NCBI GenBank assembly: GCA_964016885.1
Contig: OZ024750.1
Coordinates: 29,760,001 to 29,824,000, forward strand
DNA: 64,000 nucleotides
Direction of reading: 5' to 3'
DNA from: Eledone cirrhosa
Lineage: Eukaryota
Shown: in pieces, positions 1 through 11,949 of the stretch
How the letters are laid out: each line of letters starts with the position of its first letter
How positions within the stretch are numbered: the first letter of the stretch is position 1
Notes under the pieces: generated by a model
What the model saw: only the letters and a program-made list of their open reading frames with translations
Databases searched by the model: none
What the model was told of the DNA's origin: nothing
Program-made: the position numbers and the translations under genes

Positions 1-351
1 GAGGGGTTGTTCAACAGTTTGAACTGTTGTTCCCTCTTTCCCGCTTGTTTTTTTGGTCGGCGTGGCGTTCGCTTCCAATATGGCGATATCGTTTTCGACG
101 ATATCGTTATCAACGATATCGATGAACATTTCTCAAATATTTATTTTTCACCCCAAAAGGGGTGAAAATATATTTACCCGACGTCTAGAGTCCCAGACTA
201 GGGGTTACAGTTAATTATACAAAATAATTCAAAAAAATCCACTCACAAAATTAGCAGGTAAAAATCCAAATCACAGAGCGATATGACACACGTCTACTAT
301 CCTCAGACAGACAGACAGACAGATAGACAGCCAGATAGACAGATAAATATG

Positions 352-722
352 TTTCTTTATTAGCCACAGGGGCACAAAAGAAGGGGACAAATACAAAGGG
401 GGAAGTTTACATACAATAAAAACGTGTAAAATATTATCACAAATGCAATTTAAAAAATTAGTCGATTTTCCCCAATAGGGGGAGACAGTTCATATGGGTA
501 ACACATACCCCCGAAAAAATGTGCAACCCTCATCTCCAGGAGTACGAAGAGTTTGTACACCTTTCCTCTGCTCCTCCTTTTCCTCAACCTACAGGCTGAT
601 CTAGAGAGAAGGCCCATTCACTCGGGCCATTCTCGCCACTTTCGCCCACCTTTCATAAAACTTGCTGGGGTACAGCACCTCTCTCTCCACCCTGATTCTT
701 CTTCCAAAGTGGGTATTTGAAA
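352..722 (-). mobile_element. 5'-truncated non-LTR retrotransposon 3' end (Tx1/L1-like), copy 1
   Basis: Minus strand encodes HFGRRIRVEREVLYPSKFYERWAKVARMARVNGPSL*, then a 3'UTR ending AATAAAGAAA. Flanked by (GACA/GATA)n. Paralogous to 759-1288. Confidence 0.6.
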
Positions 723-758
723 AAAAGAGATAGATAGACAGACAGACAGATAGATAAA

Positions 759-1288
759 TTTCTTTATTAGCCACAAGGGCACAAAAGAAGGGGACAAATA
801 CAAATGGGGAGTTTACATACAGGTATATGAAAATAAAACTATTAATAAAACAACAAATAACAATTGAAATCCCCAATAGGGGGGAGGCGTTACACAGGGG
901 TTGTACACACCCCGAAAAAATGTAGAACCCTCATCTCCACGAGCACCAAGAGTGAGTACTCCCTTCTTCTCTTCCTCATTTTCCTCAACCTACAGAGAGA
1001 AGGTCCAACCACTCGGGCCATCTTTGCTACATTCACCCACCTTTCAGTAAATTTACTGGGGTGCAGTGCCTCTCTCTCCACTCTGATTCTCCTTCTAAAG
1101 TGGTACCTAAAGAAGGGAATGAGTTGTTGTCGAGAAGAGAGAGAAAGGCATCTGTCCTCTCAATCTCGTCCACCATATAACCTCTTTCACCATAGCCACT
1201 GTACAGAGGAAAACCGCCTCTCTTTCGTTTTTCAAAGAAGTTGGCGGTTTGATCCTTACTATGGACTCGGCAGTCAACTGGATGGCAG
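759..1288 (-). mobile_element. 5'-truncated non-LTR retrotransposon 3' end (Tx1/L1-like), copy 2
   Basis: Frameshifted ORF2-like C-terminus (VFLCTVAMVKEVIWWTR ... EREALHPSKFTERWVNVAKMAR) resembling the AKxxIWxxR...F...W tail of L1/Tx1 ORF2. Same 3' terminus as copy 1. Flanked by (GATA/GACA)n. Confidence 0.6.
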
Positions 1289-1376
1289 ACGGACAGATAG
1301 ATAGACAAACTGACATATAGATAGATAGACATACAGACGCAAAGACAGATATATAAACACTCATATATACATACAT

Positions 1377-1988
1377 ATGGTGGTGGCTGCCAACTCGTTT
1401 TCGAGTACGGCCACTACTTTATATCCATGTAGGAGAACCCCTACCGATGCGCTGAACGAGTGTGACTTCCCAGTCCAGCCAGCGACTTGAAAACTCTGGT
1501 ACAAACACTACACTTGTGACAATTATTGACACATAGTGCTGGGCCCATGGTACCATGTGACGACAAGTGCAGAGAGATCTCCAGATATAAAGCAATGCCT
1601 GTGCTGTGAAGCTTTTATAGTGAGCAAAAGCACTGCACAAAGCCAGTCCCACTCTCTTAACCAAGATGATATTTACCAAAAAGAAGAACAAGTCAACATC
1701 GTTGGATACCATCAGGGCTGTAGGTGTTATATCAGAGTTTTCCTTCTCCTAGAATTCTGCCTTGACAAAGGCTAAGGGGTCATCTCTCCCGGTGATTTTG
1801 GATGGCCATTGACTCTTAAGAGCTTCTTTGCCCTTTGACAGGTTTTGTTTTTAGTCCTGCAAGATGTCCAGTCACCCTCCTCTCCAAGAAACCTTGGTGG
1901 GGTTGCCAGTTTAGTCGCCAACGACCCGACCATGGGACAGGTTGTACTGGGATACATGTTACCAGTAGCACCAACTGGTGACCTGACA
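1377..1988 (-). mobile_element. ~610-bp non-autonomous RTE-derived element, copy 1
   Basis: Near-identical reverse complement of 4130-4740 and 62373-62983. The 3' part encodes HKCSVCTRVFKSLAGLGSHTRSAHR* (C2H2). Confidence 0.75.
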
Positions 1989-2375
1989 TAACATACATAT
2001 ATAAATACATATAAATACATATATAAATACATACATATACATGCTTACATACACACACATATCCGTATGTGTGTGTGTGTATGTGTATACATATATATAT
2101 ATATATATATATATAATGTGTGTGTGTGTGTGTGTTAGTATCGCTCTCTGTATCTATGTGTGTGTCTCTGTGTCTGTATATGTATGTGTTTATATATATG
2201 TGTGTGTGTGTCTCTTGATGTATGTGTATATGTGTATGTTTGTGTGTGTGTATGTATCTATGTATATCTCTATGTATGTATGTCTCTATATGTATCTATA
2301 TGTATGTCCCTATGTGTATCTATATATGTACCTGTGTATGTATGTATGTGTGTATGTATGTCTCTATAAAAAAGG

Positions 2376-2590
2376 AACGATCGACTTTCGTCAAATCGGA
2401 CTGAGGAAACAATGTTTCCGTTGGTCTTTCCAATTGCTAATACTATCTATCGGTCGCAACTCCAGGTAGAAGGAGCAACGTGAAATAAAGTGTCTTGCTC
2501 AAGGACATAACGCATCGCCTGGTCCGGGAATCGAACTCACAACCTCGCGATTGCGAATCCAGTTCTCTAACCACTCAGCCACACGCCTTC
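2376..2590 (-). mobile_element. tRNA-headed SINE (family 2)
   Basis: Minus strand has A-box-like TGGCTGAGTGG, B-box GAGTTCGATTCCC and body GTCCTTGAGCAAGACACTTTATTTCAC. Relatives at 3601-3935, 17155-17470, 18620-18800, 19060-19318 and 32945-33060. Confidence 0.75.
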
Positions 2591-2745
2591 ACATGTCTCT
2601 ATATGTATGTCCCTATGTGTATCTGTGTGTGTATGTATGTATGTCTCTATATGTATCTATATATATGTCCCTATGTGTATCTATGTATGTATGTGTGTAT
2701 GTATGTATGTCTATATGTATCTATATGTACATATGTGTATTTATG

Positions 2746-2897
<152 letters not shown>

Positions 2898-3091
2898 TGT
2901 ATAGTGACAGTCTCACTTACTTTAAATTTTAAGCATACAGTGTATTGCAAAATCCACTATATATACATTCATATATATATCGCTATTTCAGAGCACCAAT
3001 TCTAATGTTCAATTTCTGTTTGACCGGCAACCGCTCTGTATAATCAGTTCCTGATTATTACTAGAATTCTATAAGAATCAAACATTCATGA

Positions 3092-3184
3092 TTTTCAGCA
3101 AACAGGTGGAGTACTTAGCTTTGATAAGTACCAAAAAGTACGAAACAGAGCTCTGTCAGCTTTATCTCCCCTGTTTGCTGAAAA
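3092..3184 (+). ncRNA. Type I hammerhead ribozyme, U3-A8 core variant
   Basis: agct-TTGATAA(3121-3127)-gtac caaaaa gtac-GAAA-c ag agct ct-GTC(3155-3157)-agct. Stem I is extended by ttttcagcaaacagg/cctgtttgctgaaaa. Confidence 0.75.
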
Positions 3185-3328
3185 TTTAAAGTAAGTTAGA
3201 CTGTCACTACTCTAAAACAATAGCGTAAGGTCTTCGAAATGCTTTTAATGAAGCATACAGTGTATTGCAAAATATACTATATATACATTCATATATATAT
3301 ATATCGCTATTTCAGAGCACCAATTCTA

Positions 3329-3379
<51 letters not shown>

Positions 3380-3411
3380 CAAATGGAAACTATATTTATA
3401 AAACCATATTT

Positions 3412-3475
3412 ATTTCATTATACATATTTCAAGGGCCACCAAGCCAAACTATGGTGCGCTTTCATCAGATAAAAT
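3412..3475 (-). ncRNA. Minimal hammerhead, Penelope-like family A
   Basis: Reverse complement: attttat-CTGATGA-aag..cacca..tggtg..ctt-GAAA-t atgt ATA-atgaaat, then AATAAA. Confidence 0.65.
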
Positions 3476-3600
3476 ATAATATAGGTTAGTTTTATAAATA
3501 AATATTGACATACCCTGAAAAAATGTTGAGTGCTTTATATCAGTTATAAAAATATTCCCAACAAATTAAATATAACCTCTACATATATATATATAGAGAG

Positions 3601-3933
3601 AGGCACATGGCTTAGTGGTTAGAGCATTGGCCTTGCAATCGAAAGGTTGTGAGTTCAATACTCAGACCGGGTGATGTGTTGTTTCCTTGAGCAAGATACT
3701 TTATTTCACATTGCTCCAGTTTACTCAGCTGTAGAAATGAGATGATAGGGACTGGGGTCCATATCATTCCACTGCAAAGTGATCGTGGAGGTGCCACGGC
3801 AAAAAAGCACCCAGCACTCACTGTAAATGAGGTTGGTGTTAGGAAGGGCATCCAGCTGTAGAAATCAAGCCAGAATCAGTTCCCGTCCCACCCTTGCAAG
3901 CAGGGAAAAGCGGACGTAAAATGATGATGATGA

Positions 3934-3935
<2 letters not shown>
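3601..3935 (+). mobile_element. tRNA-headed SINE (family 2, long form) with (ATG)n tail
   Basis: A-box TGGCTTAGTGG, B-box GAGTTCAATAC, shared body TCCTTGAGCAAGATACTTTATTTCAC, 3' tail cggacgtaaaatgatgatg. Confidence 0.7.
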
Positions 3936-3969
<34 letters not shown>

Positions 3970-4129
3970 CAAGAAGTTGACGGACCCAGCATATTTATCA
4001 ATGCCAGGACCGGTTGTATCTCAACGTACTCAATAGGCAATGTAAGATACATTCCCAGAGTATACACACAGTTATTTGCTTCAATACAACACACGTTAAA
4101 CGGGTGCCTATATAGTGCCTATATATTTA

Positions 4130-4740
4130 TGTCAGGTCACCAGTTGGTGCTACTGGTAACATGTATCCCAGTACAACCTGTCTCATGGTCGGGTCGTTGG
4201 CGACTAAACTGGCAACCCCACCAAGGTTTCTTGGTGAGGAGGGTGACTTTGGACATCCTGCAGGACTAAAAACAAAACCTGTCAAAGGGCAAAGGAGCTC
4301 TTAAGAGTCAATGGCCATCCAAAATCACCGGGAGAGATGACCCCTTAGCCTTTGTCAAGGCAGAATTCTAGGAGAAGGAAAACTCTGATATAACACCTGC
4401 AACCCTGATGGTATCCAATGATGTTGACTTGTTCTTCTTTTTGGTAAATATCATCTTGGTTAAGAGAGTGGGACTGGCTTTGTGCAGTGGCTTTGCTCAC
4501 TATAAAAGCTTCACGGCACAGGCATTGCTTTATATCTGGAGATCTCTCTGCACTTGTTGTCACATGGTACCATGGGCCCAGCACTATGTGTCAATAATTG
4601 TCACAAGTGTAGTGTTTGTACCAGAGTTTTCAAGTCGCTGGCTGGACTAAAAAGTCACACTCGTTCAGCGCATCGGTAGGGGTTCTCCTACATGGATATA
4701 AAGTAGTGGCCGTACTCGAAAACGAGTTGGCAGCCACCAT
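4130..4740 (+). mobile_element. ~610-bp non-autonomous RTE-derived element, copy 2
   Basis: Starts tgtcaggtcaccagttgg and ends gagttggcagccaccat. The C2H2 reading frame ends at TAG 4677-4679. Confidence 0.75.
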
Positions 4741-4869
4741 ATATATATATATATTCCTTCTATTCATCTGAGAAACATTATCTCGAGATGTTCCATTCTC
4801 TCTCAGATTCATTCCGCAACACTCCCTCATTCTAATATACACACATGTTAATAATGATAATAATATTAC

Positions 4870-5215
4870 AGTGATTAGAATGATGATGGTGGTGGTGGGG
4901 GTGGCTTTAGTGGTGATGGTGGTGTTAGTGGTGGTGGTGTTAGTGGCGGTGGTGGTGGTGGTGATGTTAGTGGTGGTGGCGTTAGTGGTGATGGTGGCGG
5001 CGGTGGTGTTAGTGGTGATGGTGGTGGAGGTGTTGTTGGTGGTGATGCTGATGAAAGTGGTGATGATGATGATGATGACAGCTATGATGGTGATGATGGT
5101 GGTAATGATGAAGATGATAATAATGATGGTGATGATGATAGCTATGATGGTGGTGGTGGTGATAATGATGAAGAGGGGGATGAGGATGAAATGGTGATCA
5201 TAATGAAGATGATGA
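4870..5215. repeat. Degenerate (GTG/GAT)n trinucleotide tract
   Basis: Direct inspection. Confidence 0.9.
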
Positions 5216-5683
5216 TTTCCTCGTGTCTTAGTCACCATGGTAATTTGTAAGGGGATGAATGTATCTGTATTTCTCCTTCTCCACCCCCTTCTCCCTCTAA
5301 TATACATACGTACATACATACATACATACGTACATACATACATACAAACATACATACATACACACACACACATACATACATACATACACATACATACATA
5401 CATACACACACATACATACACACACACACACATACATACATACATACATACATACATACATACATACACATACATACACATACATACATACACACACACA
5501 CACACATACATACATACATACATACATACACATACATGATGGCTGCCCCCTCGTTATCGAGTATGGTCATTGCATGATACATACATACATACATACATAC
5601 ATACATACATACATACATACATACATGTATATATATGTATGTATTGAGCACTTCCAAGATTAGTCGTCTCCTCGATTTCAGCA

Positions 5684-5777
<94 letters not shown>

Positions 5778-5803
5778 TCACATATATATGTGTGTGAGTT
5801 TGT

Positions 5804-5835
<32 letters not shown>

Positions 5836-5912
5836 GTGTGTGTGAATATGAAAACAAGACGTGCTGCGTGGTTGCAAATGGGTTACATATGAATAAAGTT
5901 AGTCCTTCATCA

Positions 5913-5953
<41 letters not shown>

Positions 5954-6499
5954 TATATATTTGTATGTGTGTATGTATGCATGAATGAATGAATGAATGA
6001 ATGTGTGTATGTATGTATATATATGTATGTATACATTAGTGTATGTATGTATATATGTATGTATACATTGGTGTATGTTTATAGTGGAAAACGACGCCAG
6101 TTTTATTAATTAAAGAGAATGCCGCATCCGCTTGAAGAAACGGCTGAAGCCATTGATAAATTTCTGACCTCGTACTACGTATTTTATAGTAAAATATCAT
6201 TCATTAACAAAGTGTATTTTATTTGTGACGTCATTGCTTCTTCTCTTTTATACACACACACACACCCACAGAGATACACACATACACATACTTAGATATA
6301 CGCATACATACATACATACATACATACATACATACATACATACATACATACATACATACATACATACATACATACATAAATGCATACATATTTATATAAC
6401 CATATATAGATGAATACATACATAAATGCATACATATATACAAACATGCATACATACATACACATATATATACATGCATACATACATACATACCTACAT

Positions 6500-7047
6500 A
6501 GATACATATATACAACCATGCATACATATATATATACAACCATGCATACATAGATACATACACAAATACATACATATATACAATCATGCATACATATATA
6601 CAACCATGCATACATATATGCATATATACATATATACATATATACAACCATGCATACATATATATACAACCATGCATACATAGATACATACACAAATACA
6701 TACATATATACAATCATGCATACATATATACAACCATGCATACATATATGCATATATACATATATACATATATACAACCATGCATACATATATATACAAC
6801 CATGCATACATAGATACATACACAAATACATACATATATACAATCATGCATACATATATACAACCATGCATACATATATGCATATATACATATATACATA
6901 TATACAACCATGCATACATATATATACAACCATGCATACATAGATACATACACAAATACATACATATGTACAATCATGCATACATATATACAACCATGCA
7001 TACATATATGCATATATACATATATACATATATACAACCATGCATAC
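6500..7047. repeat. Higher-order 130-bp tandem repeat built from CATA/TA/CAACCATG units
   Basis: Identical segments recur every 130 bp (identical ORF starts at 6713, 6843 and 6973). Confidence 0.85.
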
Positions 7048-7225
7048 AAGATTGATGCTGGAGTCGGATGTATCAGGATTAAACCAGCATTAAACTAGTT
7101 AGACCATTATACAACAGAGTACTCAATACTTGGATTAGTGGAGTGTGATTATATTAGAAAGAGTCGGGTTCCGATGGGTGAGTTCTTGTCGTTTCGACAG
7201 CTAGTTCCATGCAGTCTGGAGCTAG

Positions 7226-7285
<60 letters not shown>

Positions 7286-7330
7286 GAGAGTAAAACAAAG
7301 AAGCCTTCAATACATCAAAAGTCTTTATTA

Positions 7331-7368
7331 GCCGACAATGTTTCGTCCTATTTAGGACTCATCAGGGC
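7331..7368 (-). ncRNA. Minimal type I hammerhead in a Penelope-like pLTR fragment (7283-7650, inverted pair)
   Basis: Reverse complement: gcc-CTGATGA-gtcct aaat aggac-GAAAC att GTC-ggc-taataaa. Canonical core with G10.1-C11.1. Confidence 0.8.
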
Positions 7369-7649
7369 AATTAAAACAACAAGAAGTAATATCGGCAGAT
7401 ACAAGCCGGAAGCTCCGAAGAATAGGGAGTGTACATACACTAAAGTATTGCAAAAATATATAATAAAAATAATAAAAATATATAATAAAAATTACTGTCG
7501 GCTAATAAAGACTTTTGATGTATTGAAGGCTTCTTTGTTTTACTCTCTTAATTTTTCGGCTCTGTTTAACTGCATTGAGCTATACCTTTTACTGTCATTT
7601 CTATAATACGAAGAGGGTGTTTAACTCCAACACACTCCAGTATTCTAAC

Positions 7650-7723
<74 letters not shown>

Positions 7724-7748
7724 TATTTATAAAACTGATCTATATTGT

Positions 7749-7811
7749 ATTTTGTCTGACGAAAGCACACCATAATTTAACGCGGTGTCCTTGAAATATG
7801 TATAATAAAAT
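7749..7811 (+). ncRNA. Minimal hammerhead, family A
   Basis: attttgt-CTGACGA-aag c acacc..ggtgt c ctt-GAAA-t atgt ATA-ataaaat. Confidence 0.7.
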
Positions 7812-7939
7812 AAATATGGTTTTATAAATATAGTTTCCATTTGTTAATATCGTATGTTTACTCCAAATACTTGTTGAGTGCTTTATATCAGTTATAAAAA
7901 TATTTGCTTGTTGTATCCCAACAATTTAAATAGAACTTT

Positions 7940-7989
<50 letters not shown>

Positions 7990-8379
7990 TGATAATAATG
8001 GAGGTGCGGCGTTGCAAATGGGATACATATGAAAAAGTAAGTCCTTCATCAGTGACCCTCCAACCGTCCTAGGCATTTCATCGCTTTAATGAAATGCCTA
8101 GGACGGTTGGAGGGTCACTGATGAAGGACTTACTTTTTTATATATAAATATATATATATGGCCTGCCCGCCCAGCCAGTCGGATGGCGTCATCGTATGGC
8201 TAAAACAGCAACGTGCTGTGACCAGCGGCGCCGAATGGCGGCCGACAGACTGGTCGGTCAAGGTGACCTCAAGGTGATATATATATATATACAAATGGAA
8301 GTACAGCTCGAGCCGCAGCTAAGCCGACGAATGCATTCAGAAGTACAGCCAAGCACTCGACAAGGTATAAAACCTCAGA

Positions 8380-8561
8380 GTAATAACTGTTTCTACTTTA
8401 GGCACAAGGCCACCAATTAACCAGTGCATTACTGGTACTTTATTTTATCGACCCCCGTAAGGAAGAAAGGCAAAGTCAACCTCGGCGGGATTTGAACTCA
8501 GATCGTAAAGGGACGTAACTATGCTGGAAAGCATGGCGTCCGACCCTCGACCGATACTGCC
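8380..8561 (-). mobile_element. tRNA-headed SINE (family 1), the dominant SINE of the window
   Basis: Body GAGTTCAAATCCCGCCGAGGTT.ACTTTGCCTTTC..GGGGTCGATAAAATAAAGTACCAG..GGCCTTGTGCC..AGAAAC. Other copies at about 9903-10095, 14090-14180, 19980-20270, 39722-40180, 44148-44292, 44536-44720, 46991-47140, 48000-48670, 48891-49070, 49237-49418, 49892-50070 and 59745-59865. Confidence 0.85.
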
Positions 8562-8686
8562 AAAAGGGCTTTGCAAATTGAAGATAGCCACCGGTAATTC
8601 AGCCGCGGAGTCCGTAGCAACAACATTATTATTGAGTAAAATGACAGGAGGCTGGGTTGGTGAAATTCCTTCAAAGATTTATTACA

Positions 8687-8746
8687 AACACTATGCAAAT
8701 TTCAATGACCATGCTCCGTAGGATCCTGGTGACATCATCAGGTGTT
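8687..8746 (-). ncRNA. Minimal hammerhead, family D (inverted partner of 8983-9042)
   Basis: Reverse complement: aacac-CTGATGA-tgtcaccaggatcc tac ggagcatggtcatt-GAAA-t ttgc ATA-gtgtt. Confidence 0.6.
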
Positions 8747-8982
8747 AATTGAATAAAAGTTATCTAATAAAGGAATATAATAATGGTAGACACAATCAAG
8801 AGGCTTGAAGGTGGTCATCCAGACTGACAACAAACTGGCTCTGATCGACTTCGGGTCTTAAACATTTCTCTCTACTAGGGTCGATAAAATAAAGTACCAG
8901 TAATGCACTGGGTAATTGCTGGCTTTGTGCCAAACGTAGAAACAATTATTATATTCCTTTATTAGATAACTTTTATACAATT

Positions 8983-9042
8983 AACACCTGATGATGTCAC
9001 CAGGTTCCTACGGAGCCTGGTCATTGAAATGTACATAGTGTT
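8983..9042 (+). ncRNA. Minimal hammerhead, family D
   Basis: aacac-CTGATGA-(accaggttcc tac ggagcctggt, 10 bp)-GAAA-t gtac ATA-gtgtt. Stem III ATGTACAT is a perfect palindrome. AATAAA follows. Confidence 0.7.
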
Positions 9043-9549
9043 TGTAATAAATCTTTGAAAGAATTTCACTAGTCCAGCCTCCTGTCATTTTACTCAATGA
9101 TAATTAACTCCGTTCTCGCACCTTCAACAAGATTCAACATAAACGAAGATGGACAGGTTGCATTACGTCGAGTGTTTTTCCTAATATTACATCACGATTG
9201 ACTATACGGAATGACCAGTTCTATCCAGTGATGAATCAACAAACCTATATATATATTGATTGTTTAAGCATCGTCTCTGTGTTGGTATTAAACGTTAGTT
9301 ATAGCTCTGGTTTATCCGAACCATTGAGCACTTTGCCGCACATTTCGAAGATTGTTTTTTCGTTATTTCGTGGGCCGAAGTTCCGATTCTCGATAATTTA
9401 TTTATATATATATATATATATATAAATGTAATCTAAGTTTTTCGAAAATTGATAATAATATTCGATTCGTTTGCAATTATGCAAACAGCCACTTTAAAGC
9501 CATGTCAATGACCCCGTCATTCTTGCTCTTATGTTGGCGTGTAAACAGA

Positions 9550-9596
9550 ACTGCAGATACTAATATTTCTGGGTGATTACCCTTCATCAGTACAGT
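9550..9596 (-). ncRNA. Minimal hammerhead (family E)
   Basis: Reverse complement: actgta-CTGATGA-a gggt aatc accc a-GAAA-tat ta gt ATC-tgcagt. 6-bp stem I. Confidence 0.7.
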
Positions 9597-10769
9597 GTAA
9601 TGCTTACCTGCCAACTGTCAGAGCTAGTGACAATATATGATATATTCTAAAATATACAGTGACTGATCGGTCTTATTTACATATTAGCATATATTTTCAC
9701 TAGCTCTGACAGTTGGCAAGAAAATTGGATTCCGAGCGCGAGAATGGATATATATATATATATAGATATATATATATAGAGAGAGAGATGTTTATATACA
9801 TGTATACAGGCATACATACGCAGCTGGCCTTAATGACCTTAAAAGTTTGAGTTTGGTACAAAATATTTTGATGAAATGAAATTGACATTATATCTGTGAC
9901 ATCGGTGGATTGGCAGTATCGGTAGAGGGTCGGAAGCCATGCTTTGCAGCAAAGAGTTACTTCCCTTTACGGACTGAGTTCAAATCCCGCCGAGATTAAC
10001 TTTGCCTTTCATCCCTACGGGGTCGATAAAATAAAGTACCAGTAATACACTGGGATAATTGCTGGCCTTGTGCCAAAAATAAGAAACAATTATTTGAAAA
10101 GGCATGCATTAGTAAGAATGCTCAGTCATCATAGCGTCTTTAGCTATCTCATTCTGTATCTTAACTTTGATATAATGTCAAGTTCTTTTCATCAAAAAGT
10201 TTTGTACTAAACTTTTAAAGTAGTCAGTTTGTGTATATATGTAAGTATGTATGTAAGTATGTATGTCTGAAGCTAGCTACGGCTTCCTAAAACCGTATTT
10301 CTTTAGAAATACGAAATTTCTTAAGAAAGACTCCATTTGCATTTTCGATTTCATCTTTTTTCCTTATACATTCACTCGTGTAGGACATCTCGTTTTTTTT
10401 CATTTTGTAAAAAAAAAACAACTCACTTTCTAATATATATATATATATATATAGTATGAAATACTATATATATATAGTATGAAATACTGTTGGCTTCTTG
10501 CTCACATTAATTTCTCTATTTTCATTTATATATATATATATATATATATATAAATGTGTGTGTGTGTGTGTGTGTGTGTGAGTATGTATGTATGTCTAAA
10601 GACATATTTTGACAAAGAAACTATGAAGCTATCACCCATGGTGGGATCAACAAAGAAACCATATTTGAAATCTCTGGGATACAACAATAATGGTTAAACT
10701 ATTACGTCTTTGTATTGGTTACAGAAATATTTCATTGAATTAACTGTAAATATGTGTTGGGGGTGGGGG

Positions 10770-11201
10770 ATAAAGAGAGAGAGAGAAAGTTGAAGAGAGA
10801 TAAAGTGGAAGAGAGACAAAGAGGGGGAGAGAGAAAGGGTGAGACAGGGAGAAAGGAAGAGAGAGAGAGAGCAAGAGTAAGAAAGAGACAGAGAGAGAGA
10901 GAGTGAGAGATAAAATGGAAGAGAGAAAGAGAGAGAGGAGAGACAAAAAGTGAGGGAGAGAGAGAAAGAGTGAGACAGTGAGAGAGAGCAAGAGCAAGAA
11001 AGAGAGAGAGAAGGAGTAAGACAGAGAGAGAGAGATAAAGTGGAAGAGAGAGAGAGAGAGCGAGAGCAAGAAAGAGAGGGAGAGAGAGAAAGACTGAGAC
11101 AGAGAGAGAGAGCGAGAGAAAGAAAGAGCGGCAAAGAGAGAGAGAGAAAGAAACAGAGGTAGAGGGAGAGAGAGACAGAGGACGCGAGAAAGAAAGAGAG
11201 G

Positions 11202-11232
<31 letters not shown>

Positions 11233-11385
11233 AGTATATGTGCAAATACCATCTGCATCAATGACGAACATTTTTCTTTGTTCCTTTGGTCTTAGACACT
11301 GTATCTCCCTTTCTCTTTCTCTTTCTTTCTTTTTCTTTCTCTATCTATCTATGTATCCTTCTCTCTCTCTCTGCCTATCTGTTTG

Positions 11386-11426
<41 letters not shown>

Positions 11427-11700
11427 TATTCCCCCCCTCTCTCTCTGCCTATCTGTTTGTCTATCTATCTATCCATCTGTCTCTCTCTCTCTCTCTCTCT
11501 CTTATTCTCCCCCCTCTCTCTCTGCCTATCTGTTTGTCTATCCATCTGTCTGTCTCTCTCTCTGTATCGCTCTCTCTCTCTCTTATTCTCTCCCCCTCCC
11601 TCTCTGCCTATCTGTTTGTCTATCCATCTATCCATCTCTCTGTCTGTTCGTCTGCTCTCTCTCTCTCTTTCTCGCTCTCTGCGTCTCTCTCTCTATATAT
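10770..11700. repeat. Degenerate (GA)n block followed by a (TC/TCTA)n block
   Basis: Purine-rich 10770-11235 and pyrimidine-rich 11300-11695. Confidence 0.9.
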
Positions 11701-11703
11701 ATA

Positions 11704-11884
11704 CAGGGAAATTCCGTTATAACGAAATTCACGGAGTATTTAAAAAGTTCGTTGTAACGAAAAATTCTTTATAATGAGATCGACAGAACAAATTGAGCGT
11801 TTGTTTGTTATTCGGGGATTGAAAAATGTTTCGTTATACTGAAAAATTCCTTATAAGGGGTTCGTTATAACGGAATTTTACCTG
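11704..11884. mobile_element. Tc1/mariner/pogo-type MITE
   Basis: TIRs cagggaaattccgttataacgaa / ttcgttataacggaattttacctg with TA on both flanks. No ORF. Confidence 0.85.
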
Positions 11885-11893
11885 TATATGTGC

Positions 11894-11949
<56 letters not shown>

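Noticed and set aside
1-345. Possible Helitron-like element end (hairpins plus GACA tract)
   Set aside because: Truncated by the window edge and no diagnostic terminus is visible.
1466-1472. AAA to GGG cluster in copy 1 (sense strand) as a retrotransposed A-to-I editing trace
   Set aside because: A single cluster. The other differences in this copy go in mixed directions.
8033-8139. Palindrome with CTGATGA (relative at 5860-5913)
   Set aside because: Probably another Penelope-like fragment, but the GAAA/stem III half is not visible downstream, so it was not called as a ribozyme.
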